From the NCBI RefSeq assembly GCF_009914755.1, contig NC_060937.1: a stretch of 64,000 nucleotides of DNA. One strand, given 5' to 3'. The DNA is from the human T2T-CHM13v2.0 reference genome, Homo sapiens. The position numbers and the translations under genes are program-made. The stretch's first letter is position 1; each line of letters opens with the position of its first letter. The notes beneath the pieces are model-generated. The model had not been told where the DNA came from, did not search any database, and was given only the letters and a program-made list of their open reading frames with translations. Positions 1-16,500 of this stretch are shown here, piece after piece.

Positions 1-29
1 AGTGTTTGAATTCTCACAGATTGCTCTGA

Positions 30-185
30 TGTGGGCATTACTATTTCCATTTTAACAGAGGGGAAAACTAAAATTCAAATAAGTTAAATAACTTTGAACC
101 TCAAATCACTAGTAAGTGACATGTTTGGAATTAGAATCTAGCGCTGTCTGACTCCCAGATGACATGCTTAATCTCTATGCTACAT
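30..185. mobile_element. MIR relic
   Basis: ccattttaacagaggggaaaactaa...gttaaataactt...ctagtaagtg...ctgtctgactcc resembles the MIR core. Confidence 0.65.
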
Positions 186-1769
186 GCATCTCTACTCAGT
201 GAACAAAGAGAGTGGTTTTCCCACATGATCTTCAAGTACTCACTCTAAATGATGGCCTTACTATTTTCCTCTTTATTGTGATTGTGAGAACTCACCATTC
301 ATCTAATCTTTTTTCTCTAAATCGCTACTATTCTTTCTCTATGGCCTTTTGGGCCTATGTGCATGTATTTAGGTAGGTGAGTCATTATTCCTGCCTCACT
401 TCTACTCTCAGAATATCCCCAAACGTAATGAATCTCCCCATTGTTCACTCAGTTGCCCAAAAGTTATACTTGATAGCTCTTTCTCTTCTACCTCCTCCAT
501 GCATAGGTCAGACACACGCCATAAATATCTCCCATTCCTACTGCCTTCCCTTCATTTTCATCAGCACTGCTGAATTTATCATTCTTTCCCTGCCTTACAG
601 CAAGACACTCCTGGTTCCTCTTTTATCTCACCTTATCTCAACTTGCCCTCCTTCCACACTACTTCTGAAATAATCTTTCTGAAATGCAATAGGCATTTCA
701 GGAATAAGGCCAACAGTCTTTCAAAGATACACCAGCTCATCACTTTAGATGGCTTAGGAGGCCCCACTGGCACCCTTGCCTCCAGCCACACTAAGCATCT
801 TGAAGACATTGTTCTTCTTCGCACCTTCTTTTGAGAAACATTGAGCTCACTATTAGTATCTATGATTTCCTCTGCTTACACCACCCTCACTTGCTACCAC
901 CACCCTGTGGGTGACCCACCTGCCCTCCTCAGTCACATGGCTCTAGGAACGTCAATTTCACAATGTCATAAATGGCCACACCCACTTTCACTGCCCCTTC
1001 CCCTTGTGTTGTTCCATCTCGATGGCCTTGAACTTGCAGCTCTCTGACTACATTTTCCGCCAGTATCAGTAGGTATCCTTCCTCACCCGTGCTTCTAACA
1101 GATTGGAAACACCTCAACCCGCATTGCACGTGGACCCCACCCTGTTCCTAGTCTCCTGCTCTGCCTGAGACGCAATGGTCAGCAAGTTTGGCCAAGGCCA
1201 TAGAATATGAATTCTAGGCTCCCATTCACACTCAGCCCTCCTGCAACAGTGATGGGATAGGCTCAATGCCAAACCACCCTTGCTCTTTTTTCCTTGGGCC
1301 CACCTCTATTCTAGTCCCTTCCCCAAACCTATCACTCAAGAGTTCAATCACTGTCTCTTTGAGAATGACATAGAAATTCCTACCTAAGGCCCAATCTTCT
1401 TTCCAAACTCCAGAACCACATTCTTGTTGATGAGATCATGCCTTTGAAAATATTTAAAATATATCTGATTTTCCAGAAAGCCCGTTTCCACATGCCTTAG
1501 GATGATTCAGTATCCAAACCAGTGAGTTGTTATCAAAAGCCTTGCCAGGAGGGACCCTGTGAAGAACTGTTTCCCTAACTGAGGTGAAATTACACAACCT
1601 ACAATAAAGGTGGAACGCTGTGGTCAACAATTCTAACAAAGAAGATTGCAATGTACATGACTTCTGCTTTAGGAAACATTTTGCATAATAACTGACGGAG
1701 ACCTCATTTATGAGAATCCGTATAATTTTTATACATCACTTGTCTTGTGGATGTGTGGGGAATTAATAG

Positions 1770-1988
<219 letters not shown>

Positions 1989-2486
1989 TAGGAGTTGATG
2001 GATGTTCGGTTCTGTTGTCATTACTGTAATAAATAACTTAAAGGCTCAACTCCAAAAGCAGCTTCATATTACAGGGTAACCAATAAGTTAAACTTCATTA
2101 ATATATTTTATTTTAACAAGGTAATCTGACTTGATGGGTTTTAATGATTATTCTTTAGGAAGTGAAACCCTCTCCCTGGGGTACCCTCCCGTTTACACTG
2201 ATGAATTAATAATTTCCTATGCATAGATATGCAAATGCATTCTTTATGGACTGAAGGTAGATGTGGCCTTTTGTGCACCAATAAATCTAAAAATTTTATA
2301 AATCCAGGAAGAAGACACTCTAAGAACAGGTAAGGCACTGGAATTTGTGGAGTAACTCATGCCTCCTTCGGAACCTATTTCATGATGGGTTTTGGGTCAG
2401 TAATTCTTCATCTTATTTCTTCACTTATTTCGTGGATTATGGATAGAGGGTCTCTATGGTAATCATTTTGGTTCATATCCCTAATC

Positions 2487-2790
<304 letters not shown>

Positions 2791-4232
2791 CCTAAACATC
2801 TTAAACAGTAGATTTTCAGGGCTATTTCATCATCTAAAAATTATATCTCTCCATTACATATTATCAGTGGAAAACTTTCTTGTTATTCTTGTCACTAATA
2901 GTGACCTTGAGCAGACAATTGAGAGCACAGTCATATTCACAAGTCTTCACGTACTTGTCTTCGAATGAAACCTGAGAATTTCTTAGTCATCCGTATAGAC
3001 TTCTTAAATTTAAATTAAATTCCTGAAAATTGATGCCTTTAGAGGTTTCTTGGAAAACATTAGAACTAATATATATTAATGGGAAAGTTCTTAAATAAAT
3101 ATAGACATCTCAGAAGATTTCAAAGACAAGAGGACACTGAAATTCTTATTAAAATGTACACATCTCAAATCCCACTGAACATTGATCAACATATTCAATA
3201 GTCTGTGATTTGAGAGTAGCTATGGTATAATCCATATTTCAGCAGAAATATTGTAGTATTTACTATGATGAGGACTCTTGATTTTGCTATTGTTTATTGT
3301 TATCAGTTAATTTGTTAATTTCCTATAAGTATAAAGATGATTCACAGAATGATACTAATATGCTAAATCTACCAAATTAGCTATGTATAAAATTATTGAC
3401 AGCTCTGCTGAAGTTGACACTGAAAAAATGAATATATAAGTCCAGCTGTACATAGAAACTTCTAGAAAATTTTCATTTGACATTTAAATTTTACAGAGCC
3501 TTAAATTTATATAATTGGAAATACTTATATAATGGTCTACAGTTTTTGCTACAAACACACACCCAGAGAAAAACTACAAACATAAACCGTGGAAAACACA
3601 TTATTTGTCTTTGCATGGGAATATTGCCACTGTGGCAATGTGTAAATTCATAAGGATGGTCTTATCTTTTAAAACTTATTACTAAGCATATGAATGAGAA
3701 TAGAGATTAATGGGAAATTAGAGGTGAATCAACACATTAGAAGTTTGACTTATAAGAGACAGTATTCTCATTTCTGTCGTAACTCCCATATTTTCTTCTC
3801 TATTTCTCCCATGAGTCACCCAAACCTGAATTTAAATCCCCAGATAATGCAAGAAAAGGTTATATTTGCAGTATTTCTAATTCATTTAAATTCATGGAAA
3901 GCTTATGGTTTTGCAGATTTATAGGCCCATTTCCTAAGTCACAGAAAAGTCTCAAAAATTTGGATAACCTTAGAATAGGCTCTTGTTGTTTACCAATCCT
4001 GTGTTTTTGAAATGTTGTAATCGTGTCAAAAAAGATTATATAAATAAATAATATCCTTATGGTCAAAGTTGTAGAGCACATTGATTGTGATAGAATAGAC
4101 ATATTTTTCACAGTATATATGTATTTATTACTGTATATATATATACACACAGTAAATATACCTTGCGATAGAATAGACATACTTTTCATCCAGACATGTA
4201 TATACATATAGTATACAGACATGTATACTGAC

Positions 4233-4239
<7 letters not shown>

Positions 4240-4267
<28 letters not shown>
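4240..4267. repeat. (TG)n microsatellite
   Basis: Read directly from the sequence. Confidence 0.95.
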
Positions 4268-4271
<4 letters not shown>

Positions 4272-5381
4272 ATTTGTAAATTTGGCAAGAGAGAATAAAT
4301 ATCACTACAATTTACTCTAACAAGTTATAAAGGGAAAATGAGTGAAATTGAAGCAGGTGAATGTCTATTTGTTACACGATGGATTCATTTCTTGGATTAC
4401 AGTAAAATAGGCCCAATATTAATCATATAGCATTTTAAAATAATTCTACTTTCTCTACCTGGATCCAAATAGGTTTTGCTTCTAAACAAAAACCCTGGGT
4501 ATCTTGCAGGTGAGGTTGATGCGATTAATTAAAATGAGCAGAAGTGTTTGCCACGTTTGCTGGATCAGAATCCAGTCTACAAGTAATGTGTGGCTGCCTA
4601 CTGGGGTGTTGTCCTCTGTGAGCCTGACTGCTGTGCAGTGCTTGGCCCGGACCCTGCGGGCTGGGGACCACTGAGGGCCACACGTAGTGGCACTTTAAAT
4701 ATTGAAACACACTGAAATTTTATTTATTAGGCTTAGCTGAAAATGATTTGGTCCAAACAGGTAAAATAATAACAGTAATAAAAAAATAGCAATAATATAA
4801 TGCCGTATATTTGCTTAAAACTTTGTTGTTCACCAAGCATGTACATGTAAATTACCTGGGGAAGAAATGTTGTTAAATAGCTAAAAATGACACAGTTTAT
4901 TGTTAAAACGATGACTCTAGGAAAATGGGAAGCACTGCTCACAGTTGTGACTACAGTCTGCTTCCTCACATCTCCTCCCAATGCCCTTCCTGTGGAGAAA
5001 CTCATGTAAAAACCAAAGGCTTACTATTTTCATCATTTTCTGAGGCATTTCTTTTTCTAAACTATAATTTTATGACTTCTAAAATAAAGGATATTGCATA
5101 TCATTTACATTTGTATGCGAATGTCATTATTACAAAACTCATGATTACAGTCTCCAGTAACGCAAGCACAGTTTCGCTCCATCCACTCCACCTTGGTCTC
5201 CCGCACACAGACAGAGCGTCAGCCTCTCACGGCAGTACCTGTGCTCTCCTCACCGTGTCTTCACCTCTCGTATGCTCCTGCTGCATCAGACACTCATGTG
5301 CTCAACTTTGCTCAGTGCTATCATGGTCTTTCGATGAGGGGGGGATTACTTAATAGCACCCATTTCCATCTCTGATTCTTA

Positions 5382-5725
<344 letters not shown>

Positions 5726-8418
5726 GACAATGGAGTAAGGCATTTGGGAGTCAAAATAGCAATTTGATGAGTGACACAGCAGACATGAGAAGATGCCATT
5801 TACACCATGAACCAGTTGCTCCTGCCTGCTGCGCCCCTGACTCAGATCGACATCACCACCAGTTCCAGTAAGCCCTGAAGTGGCCAGTGCCCTCTTAGAG
5901 CTTGGAGGAGCAGAGGCCATGACGTGCTCCCCACGAACGCAGGAAGACTGCCCTGAGCCCTCCTTGTCCAGGCTTCCTCCTAGACTCTGAGGGAATAAGT
6001 TGGTCTTCCAGAAGCCAAGAGACTTACAGCTAAAGGGGCTTCCTTTTCCTGTAAGAAAACCTCAAGACTGTGAATAAGCATCTCCACCTAGCACATGTGA
6101 GTCCATGAACTTGAAAGATTGAGGGACAGTCTAATGCACAAAGGTATGTGGGCTTTGAGACTCCCATTTTGAGTGAGTTGGATCTTTTTTTGTTGTTGTT
6201 CTCTAGTGTTTTCGAGAGTATAGCCCTGAACTTGTCTGGCCACTAGGCATATGGAAGACCCATGTAGTTTATTCATAACTTGCCATCAGTTCACATTAAA
6301 TTGATCACATTTAGCAATGAAAATATAATCTTAAATTACATCAAATTATTTCTAAAGAAAAACTAATAAAGTTGTTAAGTTTGTTTTGACTTTTCTAAAA
6401 TTGTTTAGCCTCTGCATCTCTGTGAATTGTCAGCTGACACCCAATGACCACCGAAGGTATTAACAAAGTCCTTGTTTAAACCATTTGGAGAACCCATACA
6501 TAGATTCCCATAATTTCACATATAGAAAATTGGCACCCACTGATGAACAGGGATGCCATGGATCTTCCATTCCACTCTCTTCACTGTCCACTTTTCCCCC
6601 AGTGGATCCAAAGGCGTGTGGCCCTCTCTTCCCACAGATAACAGCCATTCTCCCCAAGGAGGCATCACCTCCACTCGGGTGTTTCATGAATTCCACCCAG
6701 ACCAAAGCCATGCTCTGCTCATTCTTTTTAGGAATTGTGAGGTTGCCAGGGCTTCTTTTACAGTGTTAGCACGTTTGAGAGGCAAACAGCACCATTGTAG
6801 GGCTTCCCAAATGAGCTCAATCACCTCTCTGCCCGACTACAGCAATCACATCGAGAACTGCGGATTGTTAAATATTTTTTTTTCTATAGCTCTGAATAGG
6901 TTTCTACCCAGGGTTTCACCACTGTGATTTAGAGCATCATCTTAAGAACACACCTTGTGAGACAGAGAGGATTTGGTGTAGAATTTTCTTAACACTTCTC
7001 CTCTTTCATGGTCTGTTTTGCCTCATTACTGAAGAAACCCTTTTCCATTTTGTGATACTAGCTGGCTGTTTCTAATGTAATATTGAAAGGCTTCCATTAA
7101 GTATTTGCCATTCTTTTGCTTAAGAAAATTGCAAACCTTTGAACCAGATAGCTGGGGGAACACGTTAAAATTACTGTTGATCTGAAAGGGCAGCATTATG
7201 GATAATATTATGGTGGCTGCCAGAAATGTGTCTGTTTTATGGTGGTCAACATTATAGGCAGAATTGTTCACAACTTTTCAAACTGAGTTGCCTTATACTT
7301 ATTTCAGTGTAACCAAATTAACCATTATATGAAACCATTCTCACTTGTTTTGGTGTAACGCTATTAAAAAAGCATGACTTGTGGTATAATGAAAACATGT
7401 TTTCTAATGTCCCACCTCCTTTTCACATTTATTCAATGGGGGTAATATTTTTCTGACTCTGAGATAAAACTTAATCAGGTCCCGAGACTTTTCTGGTCAC
7501 TTTTAAATAAATCACAGTTCTATGGACGCTTTAATCCTGAAATAGCCAGCATTGGAGCAGAAATTAAGTATGTTCAAAGGTGAGAGTTCCCCTCCCTCTC
7601 CCACAGGCAAGGCCTGCGGGGGCAGCTGTCATGCTCCTGGGCTGCCGCACCCCAGTGTCGAGGTAAAATAGGGACAGGAACAAGGAGGTGAGGGATTTCT
7701 GGACTTGCTGATTGACATCTTAAGGCTTTCCTGGCCACGAACATGGCTGTCACTGACCCTTTCTCTTCAAATCCTCATAAATTGTCATCACTGGGATTCC
7801 TTTCCCTGCAATCCTCAAGACGTGTGAAATGCATGTGTGTGTGCTGGTTGCTCCCACCCCCTCCGATAGTCCAGGGCAACCCTTCAGACTCAGGTTCACC
7901 TGGCTAATAGGTTGAGGCCCCACACTTTCCCAAGTGTGCCTCTTAGACAAGAATTCTTGGGGTTGAAGGTAGAGAGGGGCTAAAGAATGGGAAAGTGTCT
8001 TGAGGAGTTGTACACACTCCAGTTGCTCACTTTTTATAAACAAAGTCCATGATCTAAAGTGTATTTAATTTTTATAAAGGATATCATCCATAGGATTCTG
8101 AAATGAGATACATGATTGGAGCTACTAAAGTATAATGAAAAATAACTGTTTTAAAAAAAGATCAATAATTTTTGCAAGCTCTAAAATTGGGCCTATTTTA
8201 TAACGCAGCACTTACATCCCCAAGATTGAATTAGCAAATGTTAAATTCAATGTTAAATTTAAAATTATTGTTTTTCCTCATTTGAATCCTTCTTCAGGGT
8301 TTTGCAAGCACATAGAAGTTTGGGCAAGTACAGGGTTATAGAAACTTTGGAGTGTTCTCCAAATGCCTTCAAACATCAAAACCTATCATTTATTTCAACA
8401 TCAGTTCTGAATAAAATG

Positions 8419-8535
8419 GTGTGTGTGTGTTGATTATATATATATATATATATATACACATATAATCTACATGTATGTGGATATATTATCTATATCTGTC
8501 TATCTATCTATCAGTCATCTCTCTATCTATCTAGT
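8419..8535. repeat. Compound (GT)/(TA)/(TCTA) microsatellite
   Basis: Read directly from the sequence. Confidence 0.8.
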
Positions 8536-8999
8536 CTACAGTAATCCTATAGAGGGTTATTTGAGTATACTTTTATTCATTCATTCATTCTTGTCAACTT
8601 GATATGACATCCACTTTTTTGGGCAGCATAACTGGACTAATATATTATTAATAATGTTAAATATTATGTATATTAATACATTAAAATAAGTTGAGTTTCT
8701 AACATATATATGGAGATCATTTTTTCACTAAGCCTTTGGTTTCTTATGAATTCTTATATTACATTCTTATAGTATTTTAGTTGACCTAAACATAAACATT
8801 TAAAAATATTATGATTAATCGCATTGATTTCTCATGAGTTAGTTATTTGGTTATCCAAGCCTGTTTCTTTGACACCCAGGTTACAAAAACTTGTTTATTT
8901 TTCAGGGTTATTTGAAGGTTAAATGAGGTGGTGCATATTAAGTTGTTAGGAGAGTATCTGACACAATGGGAATGGTGGCTGTAATGATAATAGTGATGG

Positions 9000-9496
<497 letters not shown>

Positions 9497-12400
9497 GCTG
9501 GTAAGAAAGCATCTTAGTTTATATTAGCTTATTTATGGGGAAGGGGAGAGTTGTAGAAAACAATGCAGATGACTCACATGGTGGACACCCAAGATGCAGC
9601 CCAGTCTTCCTTTTACATTTCACTCGTGATCTTTTTGTTTCACAGAGTAGCAGATAAGGGAGATATTTTGTTCTTGGGAAATAGATATATCAGGATTCAC
9701 AGAACACTATTAGAGATAGGGGCATTGTTTTTTAGTGTTTTGCTCGGGTGTGACTTGTAGTAAGCGAGGATCATCGATTTGCATTGCTCAACTGCCACTC
9801 TTTCTCTTAGGGCACAGGTCTGACATGTTTGTAACATGCCTGTCTAGGGTCCAGAGTGGTTTGTGGTTTTTTAGTATTGCAAAAATAAGGTCCACATGGG
9901 TTAGAAACAATGATATTTCCTAAACGGTAGGGATTTTTTGTGGGTTTTCTTTTTTTGTTTTTTGGTTTTTTTCTTTTAAGAAAAATAAGATACGGAATGA
10001 CACAAGGTCCTGCCAGTGGACAGGGGCTCACGCAGTGCCTGAATGAAGGAACTGGCATGCTGAGATGGGGAAGATATTGGGAACAGCGGACAGGTGCTCT
10101 GTAGAGATGGGGATCCCATGGAGCATCTGGGAGCAGGTGGGAGAATGAAGTGAAACAGGAATGAAAGCTCAAGGATTTAAGTATAAAAGTAGCAATGTCT
10201 TTCACCGAGAAGCAAGGGGTTCCCATTCCAGTATCTGTCTGGAGCCTTAGTTTTTTTGTTTCACAAGTCGAAACTGATTATGGAGGGAAAAAATGAAGGC
10301 TTTTGACAATATATCACTTGTGAAATTTCTCAAACTATTAAATCTTCTCTTTGCTACCCAGTATAATTGTATTATGGGTTTAAATAACAGAAGGAAGTAT
10401 TGAACAGATCCTATACCAATGAAAAAAGAGAGAATGTTTCAAAGAGAGGTGGAAGTCATTTTCTCTTAAGGTTATTATTTGTTTAATTCACATGTTAATC
10501 CAATGATTCAATTCCTGAAATCATCAGCAGGATAATTTTTGCATCTTACCACATTTCTAAATTCACATATTTTGATAATAAGGGAAATTATTTTTAAGCC
10601 AATGTGAGACTTCCTAGAGATCCAGATTTTCATCAGCACATTCACAACGTTGCCCCTGTGTCCCCAAGTCCGACTGAGGTGATCTGTAGAAGGTGGCAAT
10701 ATTGACAGTGAATCACAGCTTCCTAGGGTCTCAAAACTAGTGACTCCACTCAGAAAAGAGAAAAAAGAACACATCCAGTAGGATGTAAATTAAAGGTGAT
10801 ATCAGTGTATTAGGTGAGTACATTCATCCCTAGCATCTGACAGCACTTAAGAGAATGTTAGTGTCTAAATGAACATAGAGAATCGGCACTAATAAGATTG
10901 TAACAAGCAATTTAATATTCTTCAGAAAAATTGTACTTCTTCATTAGGTGAGACTTGTTATCTTTACTTAATTAGAGGGAAAAATATTCCATATAGAGAA
11001 AACATAATTATAGCTTTGAAGAATTCTGCTGGCTGGTTAAAAAAAAAAACTCCCAGTGGCATTTTGGATAATCCATGTTTGGTCTGAAGACTGTCTAACC
11101 AAATGACAGAAAAGGCTGATCTTTACCTTGATGCTCTGAAAGTGAGGTGAATTAATCGGTTTAAGTGGATTAAGTTAAATTGGCTTACGTTCTCATTTCC
11201 TAATTCTGCACTTTGATTTTGTTCTACTAAGAATTCAGTTTGTATACTATTAGTTTTTAATATGTATAGGTGTATCTTAATGTGCTTTTCGGGTATCCAA
11301 GGATTTCAAATATAAGAGAATATTTTTTGCTGTTCATATTAAGTGATAGAATTTTCTATGATTTCATATGTCTCTGATTGATACAATCAGGTAGCACTTA
11401 ATATACTTATGAAACTTTATAGTGTATCTCAACCTCTTCTAGGTCAAGGTCTAATGTGGGAATTCAGTGAATACCATAAACATACACACACAAACACGCA
11501 CACACACATAAATACAGTTTTCCATATAACTTCTGGGGATTCATTGTTCCTCCTCCCCCAAAAATCCATAAAATTGGGTTATAATAATTTCTTAGTTTAT
11601 TGATTAGAAAACTAATACATTCTGAATTAATATCCTCAATGTTGTTCATAGTCTCCTTTTAGTTCTTGAGGATTTTTAAGGCTAAGTCTTTTGTATAATG
11701 ATTTTGTCATTGACTTTGTAAATTGAAGAATTCTATTTTTGTATTTTAGGTAAAATTTGTGATTTTAAAAACATATTCTGAGATACCTCCTAATAGATGG
11801 ATAACATAATTTTTAAAACAGTAAAATGACACTAAGCATGTTAAGCCTATTTTATAAGATTATTTTTAATGGATTTGATTTTCAGCTCTAAGAGAGTATT
11901 TCTCAAGGATCTTGGTCATTAGGGACAGTAAACCAGAACTTTGTTTATAAAATATTCTCTGAGCCTGAAGATGGAGCTAAGGAGGGAACATCTTTCAGCT
12001 GCACTGTAGGCAAGCTATTAAAATACCTTTTGAATTACAGTTTACATCTATACTATTTGTACAGATCACTTATGAAGACTTTACCTAGCATCTCATGACT
12101 GTTTTCAAATTTCATCTCATAGGTTTATTCATGTATTTATTTATTTGCTTTCTATGCAGGGTGGGTTGCCATTACTTCTGCAGAAAAATTACCCATCTTT
12201 ACTGTAAAATCCTTGGTATGCTTGCTAAGTACAATAGCATTTGGAGATATATCAGTATGCTTTAAGCTTTGGGATACTGTTTTTGTTTTTTTTTTTATTA
12301 AAAAGGCCACTATTGCGGTCTTCAGGGTTCACCATTTTCTCATGTTTTGCTGGATTAAGCATAGGCCCCCAATTCCAGTCAGGTGTGTGTGTGCTTGGGG

Positions 12401-14149
12401 CTCTATGTGTAAATGCTTGTGATTATTTTATTCTCAAATTATTCAACAAAGAGGTTTTTTATAAAATAAATCAGATGCAATTTATGACTTTTTAAAAGGA
12501 CTGGAATGTAGCCATATGAGCAATTAATTGTTCTTATAAAGCATAAATAGTAGTTTGCAAGTAATTGAGGTCAACTTGGGCAGGTTAAATCTTTGAGTTA
12601 AAACTTTGAAGATTAATCTCTTTCAAGGGACGCAGCCATCAGGAGCATCTCAGGTATGATGAGGGAATTTTTTGTTTTGGAAAATCTCAAAAGGGTGTAA
12701 ACACCTCATTTTCCCAGCCATGCTTCCTTATAGACACGTCTCCTTTGCTTTACATGAAGGCTTGCCATTATTCTCTCTACCAGGAGCCTAAAGTGGAGAG
12801 TACACCCTCCTTTTTGAGGCAGGTGGTTGGGAAATATTTTAATGAAAAAAAGCAGCATGATTTTTTAGAATGTATATGCCTTCCACCCTCCATGTGAAAT
12901 GGAACTTGTATAATAAGCATCACCTAACTTCACATTTAAGTGTTTTCTGCCCTTTGGGACTATCCATGTCATTAACTAGATGATCTATAATGATTGTTAG
13001 TAGTATGGAGTGAGGTGGGATCAGTGGCTATTCATTACAAAGCAGAGACATATTAAAATTAAGTATTTTTTGTCAACCCACATGCAATTCACCCTTAACA
13101 TTCCAGGAATCATGGTAAGAGAGAATATGCAATGTTTCTCAGTTTTCTGAGGATGAAATAAGTTTAAAAACTTAATCTAAATGGTAGACTAGATGATAGA
13201 AAAGCAGAGCAATAAGAAAACGTCTAGAAACTGCAGAATAATAAGAAAACTTCCAGAAATTAAACTTTTTTCACTTTTTGATGATAATATTGGAAATTAA
13301 TGTTCCCAGGAAAATATCTGACCATATGACATATTTAACATCTCCTAAGTGAAGTTTTATCTCTCTCTCTCTCTGATGTGATGTATGTTTTATCAATTGC
13401 TGTTAAACATTTGGAAAAGGACAGGAGATATAATCTATTTTCATTTAACAGGGACAAAAACTGGGAAAAAAATTGAAACTTGCTTCTGAAGCAGGGATTG
13501 AACACAGATAAATGAATCTGATTAAAACCAAACGTTTTTTATGTATGTTTCCACTTTCCTTGTATCAGTTATTTTATTGAAATGATTATCAAGATTCAAA
13601 CTCTTTGGTGGGAATTACAAACCAAAGGATATGTGTAAGAAAGATGAGAATCCCAAAATCTAGACCATCCATTTATGAGTAATTGAGTGTTGGTATAAAA
13701 TACATTTTATGCATTACTGTATCAATTATAATGAAAGTACTTAATTCGTAATAAATGAATTTATGTTTATAATTTTCAAATGCATTATAGAATAATAACA
13801 TTTCCTGTGCATTTGTGAGAAAATAAAAATACGCTTATCCCGACTTTTCTTTGTCCATTTCATGCATAAAAGCCTCTCTTTTTATATGCTATCTTTTTTG
13901 GGAAAAATTCAGTAGTCAAGAAGAGTACAAAAGGAATCCAGGCAAGCAACCCATTTACCTACTACCTTGAATTAATACTATTGACATTTTTCAACTTTTG
14001 CCTCAGGTTTTCGTTATCATAAAAGACGTAGATGATTACAACTAAAAGCCAAGATTCCTTTTGTTTTCCTGTAGAGATACATTTTTCCCCTTCCCTCCCC
14101 AGAGACAACAATATTATCGAATACATGTAATCTTCCACATTTTTTAATT

Positions 14150-16500
14150 TTCTCTAGCCACTGGTTTTTCATAACAAATATATAACATTGTGAATAACTA
14201 AGAATTACAGAAACGCTATCCTATGGTGTATTTTATTCTGTACATCCTTTGCTAAGTTCATATGGTTTTTGAAATTTAACTATATTGATACCTCAAGACC
14301 TAGTTTATTCTTTTTAACTGCTGCACTACTTGTGGATAAAGAAATCTCAGTATACTCACCTAGTTCACTATTGGTGGACACTGAAGTCTCTTTTCATTTT
14401 TTTTCTCAGTTACAAACAGCGCTGTATCCTCATACTTGTCTCTTGAGATATATGTTTAGAATTTTCCCGAGGTGTATATTTAGTGGCAGAATTGCAAGGA
14501 GAACGATTATTTGCATTTTCTTGATTGCAAGCGAAGTCGACGTCTTCTGGCAAGACAAGTTGTGCCCTGCATCCTGGCACATGCCCACGGATGTTCACTG
14601 GGCTTTATGCAATCATATACCATGCTCCAACTTCAGGCCTTATCATAGACATTCTGTTCCTACCGCAAGGTCATCTTATATTTTTTTAAAAAAAACCTTT
14701 AAATTTTCAGCACAGCAGGAAAATTATTGTGTATGTGAGGAGTTGATAGTTTAATTTTTAGTTGAATATTCGATGATCCCTTCCCTGTTTGTTAGCAATG
14801 TTTCTTTACCCCTCTCTAGATTTTTAATCTATTTTACTAAAACTGTATCAATGATATATTGCTTTAATTACTTCTCATAAGTTCTATTTTTCTTATGTGT
14901 TTTGGTTATTTTGGGGTCTTTATTTTCACATATTAATTTTATAATCAGTTTGACTCTATCCATAAAACAATTCTTCTGGGATGTTGACTACAAATTAATT
15001 TATAGATTAATATGGGAAAAATTATACCATTTAGGCTATTGATTTTTTTCTTCCGCAAATATATTTCAACATTTATTATTGTATTCCTTAAATAATATTT
15101 GATTTTTTTCTATCAATTTCATGCACACCTTTATTTTATTTCTTTTTCTATGAATCTTTTTTTTGTGTGGCTATAATGAGTTCTATTCTATTATACATTA
15201 ATTTATTGGAATACTGAACCTTGAGTTTCTTATGTTGATCTCATATGTAGAAATCCTGCTGACTTTTCTTATTAGTTCTAATAAATTTCCTGTGAAATGG
15301 CTTACTACTTTCTTATGTAAATGATCGTAATTATCTTTTTGTCTTTATGTATCTTACTTCTTCTTATTTTATTGCATTGGCTAGCACTGCCAATACATGT
15401 GGGAAATTTGTGATGATAATGGATCTTATTGTTTAGTTTACAAAATAATGGCAACTAAATATTTGCCATTAAGTAATACATTTACTTAGCATTCCAGTAA
15501 ATAACCTCTGCCTAGTGTTTTCAATCATGGATGGATACAAATATTTTCTAATGGTTTTCTTTCTTTATTAGGAAGATCATAGCAATTTCCTTCTTTCCTT
15601 TGCTCTTGTGAGACATTGCATTGATGTTTATTTTTTGATGTTGAATCATTCTTCATTTATACTGCAAACCCTGTTTGCTCATGATATACTAGATTCTGTT
15701 TTCTAGTCTTTATTTATGTTCGCATTTATTTTCATTAGTGAGATGAGATTCTTTTGTTTTTGTCTTATACAATCTGTTGCTATCAAATTTACATTAAAAG
15801 TAGGTTGGGTAGCTTTCTCTTTTCTTCCTCTGTTTTTTCTCTCCAAAACAGTTTGTACTAAATGAAGATCATATACTCCTTTAATGTCTGGTGAAATCGC
15901 CCTAAAATCTTCTGAGCATTTGAAAGGAGAGTTGGCTTTTGGATACTGATTATTTTAAAATGTATATTATAGATTCAGATTATTTTCTTTCTTTTTTGAC
16001 TCACATATATTTTCTGGAATTTCATCCACTTTGATATTTTTAATTTATTCACCAGCTAAATCATAGCTAGCTTTGTTTAGTAATCTTTTAATCTCTATTT
16101 CAACTGTAGTTTGACATTTACATTCCTGATACTGTTTCTTTATGCATTGTCCCCAAGATCATTGATAATTATTGCTCAAGAATCTGCCTATGCAAATTAT
16201 TTTCAAGAATCATATTTTCATTTAGTCACTTTCACATTTATATTATTTTAATTAATTTCTGAAGTTTCAAAAATATATTTTCTGTAGTTTTATTATATCC
16301 TTCTTTTTCCTTTCTTTGAATTTTGACTTTTTGGGTGATTTTTTTTTCCTGAATTCATGAGCTGAATATTTGTTTCATAGTTTCCAATGATGTTTTTTCC
16401 TGAGTCTATAAAGTATCATCTCCTAAATACCTCTTAGTATATTCCAGAAGTTTTATCTGTAGTGCTTCCTTTGTTGTTTAGTTCTAAATATTTTGTCTTT
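14150..16500 (-). mobile_element. Highly decayed old L1 (L1M-type), approximate bounds
   Basis: T-rich tract with antisense L1 remnants (cttattttattgcattggctagcac, ttgatgttgaatcattctt, ctggtgaaatcgcc). Confidence 0.55.

Noticed and set aside
14269-14754. 161-aa ORF
   Set aside because: No recognisable domain; lies in decayed L1-like sequence with no exon-like boundaries.
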